Part shown: positions 18,616-24,753 of the stretch, piece by piece | Numbering within the stretch: position 1 is the first letter of the stretch | Layout: every line of letters starts with the position of its first letter | Source: Armatimonadota bacterium | Lineage (GTDB): Bacteria > Sysuimicrobiota > Sysuimicrobiia > Sysuimicrobiales > Humicultoraceae | NCBI GenBank assembly: GCA_037446215.1 | Contig: JBBIJB010000029.1 | Coordinates: 1-27,300, forward strand | Direction: 5' to 3' | DNA: 27,300 bases | Notes under the pieces: generated by a model | Database searches by the model: none | What the model saw: only the letters and a program-made list of their open reading frames with translations | What the model was told of the DNA's origin: nothing | Translations under genes and position numbers: made by a program

Positions 18616-19596
18616 TCAGAACCGGTGGGGGGAGGCGGCCGTCATCGTCGTGTTCGTTTCCTGGCGTGCCCTTGCGTGCGCCTCCTCCGCACGCTCGAGC
18701 AGCGTGCGGTCGTCCTCGGCGTCGCCTGGGAACGCGGCGAGGCCCACGCTCACGGTGAGCGTGACCGGGAAGACGTCGTCGGCCACAGTGACCGTTGTCT
18801 GCTCCACTGAGCGCCTGATCCGCTCCGCGGCCTCCAGAGCCCCCTCCAGGGAGGTTTCCGGAAGCACGACGCCAAACCGGGTGCCGCCAAGGAAGGCACG
18901 CACGTCGACCTGCCTGGTTGCATCCGTCAGGAGCCCTGCGATCCTGATGACCACCGCGCGCATGCCTTCCTCGCCGAGGGACTCCCTGAGGGCATCGTCC
19001 TGGTCCAACGAGAGAAGGGCCACGCTGAAGACACGGCCGAACCGCCTGCCGCGGGAGGCCTCGCGCCTCACCGAGGCGGCGAAGTGGTTTGCGTTGAACA
19101 ACCCCGTCAACGGATCCACGACGACCTGGCGCCGTGACCTCTCCCCAAGGCCCTTGATCCTGTCCTGGGCGGCCATCCTGCGCCGGCCGTTGACCTGCTC
19201 GTACCTCCTGGCGCACTCGAGGATCCCGGCCGAGAGCACGTTGCTCACCGCGTCGACGGTGCCGCTTGTCACCACTTGGGGGCCGCCGTTCTCGGCGAGG
19301 AAGGCCAGGACCACTTCTCTTACGCAGGTCAGCGCCCTGATGACCTCGTCGGCGGGGACCTCGTGGGCTATAACCTCCTGTCCGAGGCGGCCGGCGAACT
19401 CGACGAACGGGTCCGCGCGGCCCGAGGCGAGGGCATCGGCGAAGGCGTCCATGCCGGCCAGCGCGTGGCGGTCGACCCTTCCGGGCTCCCACCACATGGG
19501 TCCTGCCCCCGGCATCGCGGCCATCTCACGCGACCACCTGCCGGCCAACTCCCGGCGTCTCCGGCGCACCAGATCGGCGGACTGCGGACTGATCAT
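18616..19596 (-). CDS. Degenerate GGDEF-domain protein with N-terminal RsbRD_N/globin-like helical domain
   Basis: DPLTGLFN, LTVSVGLAAFP and LLERAEEA mark a GGDEF fold. The A-site reads GGTRF and DxDxFK is replaced by SLDQDD, while the I-site RQVD is intact. The N-terminal domain call is tentative. Confidence 0.85.
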   Translation of the reverse strand: MISPQSADLVRRRRRELAGRWSREMAAMPGAGPMWWEPGRVDRHALAGMDAFADALASGRADPFVEFAGRLGQEVIAHEVPADEVIRALTCVREVVLAFLAENGGPQVVTSGTVDAVSNVLSAGILECARRYEQVNGRRRMAAQDRIKGLGERSRRQVVVDPLTGLFNANHFAASVRREASRGRRFGRVFSVALLSLDQDDALRESLGEEGMRAVVIRIAGLLTDATRQVDVRAFLGGTRFGVVLPETSLEGALEAAERIRRSVEQTTVTVADDVFPVTLTVSVGLAAFPGDAEDDRTLLERAEEAHARARQETNTTMTAASPHRF

Positions 19597-19710
19597 GGAC
19601 CCAGATCACCTCATACTACGCGGCAAGCCCGCAATCCTCTTGCCGGGTCCCGGTTTGCGCGCAGGAAGCGTGCCCGGTGGGGCGAATGTGGCGCATATCG
19701 GAGGTTTGCG

Positions 19711-20070
19711 ATGAGCTCGCGCTTGAGGGGCATACTCCAGGAGCTGGTCGGCGACGACACACGCGCCGCCGCCGTGGTCGGCAATGATGGGGAAGTGGTC
19801 GAAGTTGTGGCCAAGGCCGGGGGACAGGAGCTGCAGAATGCCGCGGCCGACCTCGCCGCCCTGGTGAAGGTAGGAGCCTACTGCGGCCGTAAGCTTGAAG
19901 GAGGGGATCTGGAGTACCTCACGGCCACGACCGAGAGCCTATCCTTGCTGGCCGTGGTGCTGGGGCCGGCTCACCACCTCGTGGCGCTGCTGGACTCGGG
20001 AGGAAATGTGGCAAGGGCCCGCGTGCAGATACGGCGCCGCAAGTCGGAGATCGCGGAGGAGCTGAAGTGA
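19711..20070 (+). CDS. Roadblock/LC7 (MglB-like) protein
   Basis: 119 aa; [39 protein letters not shown] before ATG 19711. Confidence 0.75.
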   Translation: MSSRLRGILQELVGDDTRAAAVVGNDGEVVEVVAKAGGQELQNAAADLAALVKVGAYCGRKLEGGDLEYLTATTESLSLLAVVLGPAHHLVALLDSGGNVARARVQIRRRKSEIAEELK

Positions 20071-21062
20071 GGCGGGCTCGACTCCGGGCGGCGCAGGCGG
20101 CGCTCCTGGCCCTCGCGGCCTTCACCCTGCTCGGCCCCGCGACGGCCGAGGCCCGCACACCCGCGGCCGCCGCGGGTGGGGCGACCCTGCGCACCGGCGC
20201 GGCGAAGTTCGCCCAGGGACGCCTGGCGGAGGCGGAAGCCGAGTTCGCTCTCGAGGCCGGCAGAAACCCCCGCTCCCCGCACGCCTGGCTGTGGTTGGGA
20301 GTCGCCCGGTTCCACCGGGGGGAGTTCGCGGGGGCGGAGGGCGCGCTCGGCCGGGCCGCACGGCTGTCTCCGAGGGATCCCGTAGTCCACCTCTGGTGGG
20401 GCCACGCCCTCGCCCGGGCCGGCCGGACCAGGGAGGCCGCGGCCGTCTTTCGCCTGGTCATGTTGATGCCGGCGCCGGCCGGCGTCCACGATCTCGCAGG
20501 GCGGGCTTCGCGGGCCCTCGGGGCGCTGCCGGAGGCGGCGCCTGCACCTTCGCCATCGCACGGGGCAGGCCTCCCGGCCGCACCCTCCTGGGTCCTGGAG
20601 CCGGGCAGCTACCGGACCCTGGCCAGGTTCCACAACCCACGCCTCACCCACGAGGAGGCAGACCTGATAGGCCGCTCGCTGCTGGGCTACAGCAAGCACT
20701 TCAACATCGATCCCCGCCTGGTGGTGGCGCTCGTCGTCGTCGAGTCGGGGTTTCAGCCGGCGGCACGCTCGCGGGCCGGCGCGCTGGGGCTTGGCCAGCT
20801 GATGCCGGGGACCGCCAGGGCGTTGGGCGTGGACGCCCTCGATCCCTCCCAGAACCTCTACGGTTCAATTCGATACCTGCGGGGCAACCTCGATCGGTTT
20901 GGATGGCACAATCTCCACCTCGCCCTGGCCGCGTACAACGCCGGCCGCGGGGCGGTGGAGAGGTACAACGGCATCCCGCCCTACGCGGAGACCGAGTGGT
21001 ATGTCGCCAACGTCTCGGGCCTGTACAGGCGGCTGCTGTCCATGGCCGGGGCCGCCAACTGA
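20067..21062 (+). CDS. Secreted TPR plus SLT-family lytic transglycosylase
   Basis: Signal peptide; TPR-like repeats ([10 protein letters not shown]...[10 protein letters not shown]...A); SLT motifs [36 protein letters not shown]. Confidence 0.9.
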   Translation: MRRARLRAAQAALLALAAFTLLGPATAEARTPAAAAGGATLRTGAAKFAQGRLAEAEAEFALEAGRNPRSPHAWLWLGVARFHRGEFAGAEGALGRAARLSPRDPVVHLWWGHALARAGRTREAAAVFRLVMLMPAPAGVHDLAGRASRALGALPEAAPAPSPSHGAGLPAAPSWVLEPGSYRTLARFHNPRLTHEEADLIGRSLLGYSKHFNIDPRLVVALVVVESGFQPAARSRAGALGLGQLMPGTARALGVDALDPSQNLYGSIRYLRGNLDRFGWHNLHLALAAYNAGRGAVERYNGIPPYAETEWYVANVSGLYRRLLSMAGAAN

Positions 21063-21092
21063 CCCCACAGGCTGCCCGCGGGCCCACCGAAG

Positions 21093-21118
21093 GACTAGGC
21101 GCCCGGCCGGAAGGGTAG
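21093..21118 (+). promoter_or_regulatory. Putative SigB-type promoter, copy 3 (GACTAG-N14-GGGTAG)
   Basis: Matches the repeated motif; about 33 nt upstream of riboswitch 1. Confidence 0.62.
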
Positions 21119-21151
21119 AACCGTCGCAGCGGAGAACAGAAAGAAGAGAGT

Positions 21152-21249
21152 ACCGTCGAACGGGCAAACCCATCGCGAGGTGGGGACGCAAAGCCACGGG
21201 GACGCGCGGGTCGGTTTCGGACGCGCGCCCGGCCGGGTTGCCGAGCGGT
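21152..21249 (+). ncRNA. Cyclic di-GMP-I (GEMM-I) riboswitch, copy 1
   Basis: GGGCAAACCCATC-GCGA-GGTGGGGACGCAAAGCCACGGG...GCCGGGTTGCCGA matches the GEMM-I consensus; P1 ACCGTCG/CGAGCGGT. Confidence 0.92.
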
Positions 21250-21252
21250 CGT

Positions 21253-21283
21253 GATGCCTTTCGGTCACCGGCCGGAAGGCATC
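21253..21283 (+). terminator. Terminator-like hairpin (expression platform of riboswitch 1)
   Basis: GATGCCTTTCGGTC/GGCCGGAAGGCATC stem immediately after the aptamer; U-tract weak. Confidence 0.5.
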
Positions 21284-21322
21284 TTGCATGAGGTCGGCTG
21301 TCGCGCCGTTGAGTGAGCAGAG

Positions 21323-22081
21323 ATGAACAGGCGGGTCGAGGTTGAGCCACCGTCGCGCCCGTGGGCACTGATCCTCCCCGAGGTGCTCGCGACGGTAGAG
21401 AAGCGCCGCGGTGCCCGTCTGGCCGGCCGCTTCAGGTCTGCCCTCTCCAAGGCCCTGGCCGACTTCGGGGGAAGGCTCCAGGGCGAGCGCATCCTTGCAC
21501 CGCCACTCCCCGAGTCGATGTGGCGGGTGGCGGTGGAGGCGGCGTGCGCGCCGGTCGTGGCGGTGGCCGGGCGCAATTTCGTGGACATGGCGATCGCGGA
21601 GGCGGAGGAGGCAGTAGCCACGGCCGCCTCGGCGCAGGCGGAGAAGGAGGAGGTCGAGGAGGAGGCGGAGGAGGAGGCCGAAGCGGAATCGCTCCCAGAG
21701 GCGGGGGAGCAACCGGAGGTACAGGTCGAGGAGCAGGTCGAGGAGCCTCCGCCGGAGGTGGCGCGCGAGGAACCCCTCGTCGTTTCGGACCCACCCACGA
21801 GTCGCAGGGGAGCGGAGGAGCGAAAGGCGGGCGCGCGGTTTCTATCGGCGCTCCGGGTGGGTGAGATCCTGCCCCCGAGCACCGAGGCGCGGATAGTAGC
21901 GGTCGGTGGGAAGGCGGCCCTGGGAGTGCTTGCCCTGATGGACGGCGTCCGCACGGTGGAGGAGATAGCCGGGGAGGTAGGCCTGGAGGTCGAGCAGGTG
22001 ACCGCCGTAGCCGACCTGCTGGTCTCATCCAAGGCGGCCTTCAGGTACATCAGCCGGGCACGCCCTCCGGTGGGCCCGTGA
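21323..22081 (+). CDS. Hypothetical protein with Glu-rich linker and C-terminal winged-helix-like domain
   Basis: Basic helical N-terminus, acidic EEEAEEEAE/PEV linker, C-terminal LALMDGVRTVEEIAGEVGLEVEQV...LL. Confidence 0.7.
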   Translation: MNRRVEVEPPSRPWALILPEVLATVEKRRGARLAGRFRSALSKALADFGGRLQGERILAPPLPESMWRVAVEAACAPVVAVAGRNFVDMAIAEAEEAVATAASAQAEKEEVEEEAEEEAEAESLPEAGEQPEVQVEEQVEEPPPEVAREEPLVVSDPPTSRRGAEERKAGARFLSALRVGEILPPSTEARIVAVGGKAALGVLALMDGVRTVEEIAGEVGLEVEQVTAVADLLVSSKAAFRYISRARPPVGP

Positions 22082-22101
22082 CCGCCGTTGGCAGGGGAAA
22101 C

Positions 22102-22127
22102 GTCTAGGCGAGTTACGGCTTGGGTAC
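22102..22127 (+). promoter_or_regulatory. Putative SigB-type promoter, copy 4 (GTCTAG-N14-GGGTAC), upstream of the sigma gene
   Basis: Matches the repeated motif; upstream of riboswitch 2 and the sigma gene. Confidence 0.62.
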
Positions 22128-22144
22128 ATGAACTGACGCTAACG

Positions 22145-22173
22145 TTGCACCAATGTTCTCGATGGCCTATCAT
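22145..22173 (+). promoter_or_regulatory. Putative sigma70 promoter upstream of riboswitch 2 and the sigma gene
   Basis: TTGCAC-N17-TATCAT in an AT-rich patch. Confidence 0.55.
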
Positions 22174-22212
22174 CGGTCCATTGAGACCATAGTGAAGGAA
22201 AACAGCATAGGT

Positions 22213-22295
22213 TCCCCGAACGTGGCAAACCCATCGCGAGGTGGGGGCGCAAAGCCTCGGGACCGCGGGGGCGGTCGGCCGGGCTGCCGAAGGGA
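22213..22295 (+). ncRNA. Cyclic di-GMP-I (GEMM-I) riboswitch, copy 2
   Basis: TGGCAAACCCATC-GCGA-GGTGGGGGCGCAAAGCCTCGGG...GCCGGGCTGCCGA; P1 TCCCCG/CGAAGGGA. Confidence 0.92.
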
Positions 22296-22301
22296 GGGCT
22301 A

Positions 22302-22332
22302 GAGGCCTCTTGGGGCAGTCCCGGGAGGCTTC
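22302..22332 (+). terminator. Terminator-like hairpin (expression platform of riboswitch 2)
   Basis: GAGGCCTCTTGGG/CCCGGGAGGCTTC stem running into TTCTTCAT. Confidence 0.55.
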
Positions 22333-22359
22333 TTCATCACCAGGGGAATCGAGGCGTCT

Positions 22360-23151
22360 ATGCCGGGTGTAGGAGAGACAGGCGGTGTGCAGGTGGCCGA
22401 GCATGGCGCGGCGGCCAGGAGCGGAATCGATCTCCTCTCCGAGGAGTATGCCCGGACTCAGGACCCAGGGGTGCGAGATCGTCTTGTCGCCGAGTGCTCT
22501 CCGATGGTGAGGCGGATCGCCGCCGAGTTCACCTACTCGGGGGCTGCTCAGGAGGACCTGATGCAGGTGGGCTTCATCGGGCTGCTCAACGCGATCGCGG
22601 CCTTCGACCCCGGGCGGGGCGCCAGGTTCACGACCTACGCGGGGTACTTGGTCCGCGGCGAGATCCGCCACTACCTGCGAGACCAGAGGGACACGATAAG
22701 GAAGCCGAGATGGCTGCAGAAGCTGAACGCCAGGATCGAGGAGTCGGTAGGCCGGTACGTTAGTGAGACCGGCAAGTTTCCCGGCCTGGAGACGCTTGCC
22801 GAGGATCTGAACATAGCCGAGGAAGGGCTGCTCGAGGTCCTGCGGACGCGCGAGGTCCTCAGGACCGTCTCGCTCGAGAGCGAGGAGGACGACGGCACCC
22901 TCCGCGTCGATCGCGACCGGATAAGGCACAGGTCCCACATCAGCTTCCAGCTTCCCATAGAGGACAGGGTGATGCTGATGGAGGCGCTGGAGTCCCTGTC
23001 GGGCCTCCAGAGAAAGGTGGTCTACTACCTCTTCTTCACCGATCTGACGCAGATGGAGGCGGCGAAGAGGATCGGCATATCGCAGAAGCATGTGTCGCGC
23101 GTGCTTGCCGGGGCTCTAGCGAAGCTTCGGGGAATGATCGGCGTCTCGTAG
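22360..23151 (+). CDS. RNA polymerase sigma factor, SigB/SigF/SigG family
   Basis: EDLMQVGFIGLLNAIAAFDPGRGARFTTYA, GEIRHYLRD...IRKPRWL, region 4 LTQMEAAKRIGISQKHVSRV. Start could be GTG 22387 or 22393. Confidence 0.93.
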   Translation: MPGVGETGGVQVAEHGAAARSGIDLLSEEYARTQDPGVRDRLVAECSPMVRRIAAEFTYSGAAQEDLMQVGFIGLLNAIAAFDPGRGARFTTYAGYLVRGEIRHYLRDQRDTIRKPRWLQKLNARIEESVGRYVSETGKFPGLETLAEDLNIAEEGLLEVLRTREVLRTVSLESEEDDGTLRVDRDRIRHRSHISFQLPIEDRVMLMEALESLSGLQRKVVYYLFFTDLTQMEAAKRIGISQKHVSRVLAGALAKLRGMIGVS

Positions 23152-23180
23152 CGGGCGCCTGGGGGCGGGAGGGACTGGAG

Positions 23181-23537
23181 ATGTCTCAACTGAGGGACGT
23201 GCTCGTAGATCTCACGAAGGTGGGGGGCGTCGTTGCCGCCCTCGTTGTTGGCCGCGACGGCTTCGTGGTCGAGGGGATGACCACCGAGGAGACGGTCGAT
23301 CTGGAGGCCGTCGGCGCGATAGTCGCAAGCAACATCTCGGTCGCCGACTCGATGGGCCGCGAGATGGTGCGCGGTCCGCTCCGGAGCATGCTGCTGGAGT
23401 TCGACGACGGCCCCGTAGCTGTGGGCCCCGCGGGCGCCGACGCGATCCTGGTGGTAGTCGGCACCAAGCAGGCCAACCTCGGCCGGATACGCCTCGAGAT
23501 GCGTCGAAACGGCCAGCTGGCCGCCGCCCTCGTCTAG
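23181..23537 (+). CDS. Roadblock/LC7 (MglB-like) protein
   Basis: GVVAALVVGRDGFVVE...EAVGA...MLLEFDDG...ANLGRIRLEMRR; GGAGGG RBS. Confidence 0.9.
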   Translation: MSQLRDVLVDLTKVGGVVAALVVGRDGFVVEGMTTEETVDLEAVGAIVASNISVADSMGREMVRGPLRSMLLEFDDGPVAVGPAGADAILVVVGTKQANLGRIRLEMRRNGQLAAALV

Positions 23538-23590
23538 CACATCGGGGGGCAGCACGCGACAGCGCCAGCCGGGATCACAGCCCTCTGCGC

Positions 23591-23616
23591 GTCTAGCCGG
23601 ACGGCAGGGTGGGAAT
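23591..23616 (+). promoter_or_regulatory. Putative SigB-type promoter, copy 5 (GTCTAG-N14-GGGAAT), upstream of the pilin operon
   Basis: Matches the repeated motif; GGGAAT fits the SigB -10 consensus GGGWAW. Confidence 0.65.
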
Positions 23617-23709
23617 ACGCTTGAGGGGCAATCCCCGGAAGGTTTCCGGAAGACGTGAGGAGAATAGAAGGGCTCGACATTCCTCGCTCCGCAACAGGGG
23701 TGGACACAT

Positions 23710-24150
23710 ATGCGGCAGCGGCCGCGGGTCAGGCTCTTCGCAAGTGACGGAGGGTTCACCTACCTCGAACTGCTCGTTGCGCTGTCGCTCTTTGCCGGCG
23801 TCTCCGTATTCCTCATACAGACCTTCATAATCGGCATGGCGCACGCGGGCCGCGCCAACGAGCGCGCGGCCGGCACAACGCTCGCCATGCAGGTGATGGA
23901 GCAGATACGGGCGAGCGTCAACCCGTACGAGAGGGTGGGCTTCGTCGACCTACCGAGGTCCACGCTGCCGCTTGCCGATCCCTACACCGGGGTCAGTAAC
24001 CCCACACCGCACAACTTCCAGGTGGCGGTGGACGTCACCCGCGATATGAACCTGGGGCTCACAACGGCCACGGTCCAGGTCTTCCGGTCCTCGGATCCGC
24101 TCGGAAGCCCTCCCTTCGTTTCCCTGAGCACGGTGCTCGATGACCAGTAG
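23710..24150 (+). CDS. Type IV minor pilin (PilV/GspI-like)
   Basis: Class III signal DGG|FTYLELLVAL with E5; later motif LAMQVMEQIRA. Confidence 0.85.
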   Translation: MRQRPRVRLFASDGGFTYLELLVALSLFAGVSVFLIQTFIIGMAHAGRANERAAGTTLAMQVMEQIRASVNPYERVGFVDLPRSTLPLADPYTGVSNPTPHNFQVAVDVTRDMNLGLTTATVQVFRSSDPLGSPPFVSLSTVLDDQ

Positions 24151-24739
24151 GATGCGCACCCGGCCCATCCCGTCACTCCCCTCCGACGACCGCGGGATAA
24201 CCCTCATCGAGATGGTGGTGGCGCTCAGCCTCCTAACCCTGGTTCTCGGGGCCATCTACGCGTTCGTGGCGTTCGGCGGAAGATCGGCCCGGGCAACCAA
24301 CGACTTCCTGCAGACCCAGGCCCACGTAAGGGCTGCGCTGGACAACATGGTCGACGAGATCAGGTGGGCGCAGGGCGTGGTCTGCGCCTCCGCCACGGCG
24401 GTCTCGCTGCTGATCCCGCAGGACACGCCGTTCTCGGCTTCCAGTCCCTACCAGGTCACCTTCGCGCATGACGGTGCGCGGATGGCCCTTGTGCGAAGGC
24501 AGGATGGGGCAGGCACCGGGTGCCCTGACGACACCTCGGGAGAGGCCCTGGCCCTGTTCGTCTCCCACGAGGACGGGTCGGGCGGGCTGACCCTGGGGTA
24601 CTTCCTCGCGGACGGCGGGCCGTGGAACTCGGCTGCTGACCCCCTAGGCTCGATCGCCAGGGTAAGGATAACCGTGACGACGACGCGGGATCGGACAAGC
24701 CGCACCTTCGCCGGGGATGCGGCGCTTCGTGGCCGGTAG
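24140..24739 (+). CDS. Type IV minor pilin (PilW/GspJ-like)
   Basis: DRG|ITLIEMVVAL with E5; ALDNMVDEIRWA; C-terminal IARVRITV...ALR. Alternative start ATG 24152. Confidence 0.85.
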   Translation: MTSRMRTRPIPSLPSDDRGITLIEMVVALSLLTLVLGAIYAFVAFGGRSARATNDFLQTQAHVRAALDNMVDEIRWAQGVVCASATAVSLLIPQDTPFSASSPYQVTFAHDGARMALVRRQDGAGTGCPDDTSGEALALFVSHEDGSGGLTLGYFLADGGPWNSAADPLGSIARVRITVTTTRDRTSRTFAGDAALRGR

Positions 24740-24753
24740 GAGGCTGATGTAGG

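Noticed and set aside
18616..19596. Active diguanylate cyclase or Hypr-type cGAMP synthase
   Set aside because: The GG[DE]EF signature and metal-binding aspartates are lost, so catalytic activity is unlikely.
21600..21770. GAGGAG-rich repetitive tract (similar tract at 15170-15277)
   Set aside because: Explained by Glu/Asp-rich low-complexity coding sequence; not a tandem repeat or CRISPR array.
21265..23091. 608-aa minus-strand ORF and other long antisense ORFs (3818..4918, 11563..12855, 25117..26334)
   Set aside because: Shadow ORFs opposite well-supported genes in high-GC DNA, with no recognisable domains. The 608-aa one also crosses a riboswitch and promoters.
23620..23700. Possible third c-di-GMP riboswitch upstream of the pilin operon (GGGGCAATCCCCGGAAGGTTTCCGGAAGACG)
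   Set aside because: Only superficial GGCAA...GACG similarity. It lacks the GNRA-capped P2, the GCAAAGCC junction and the P3/GCCG closure. Small hairpins exist but no family can be supported.
23114..24664. Other CTAG...GGGNA pairs (near 23114, 23532 and 24641)
   Set aside because: Spacers are 9-12 nt, two have mismatched first bases, and they lie within genes or at gene ends; not counted as motif copies.
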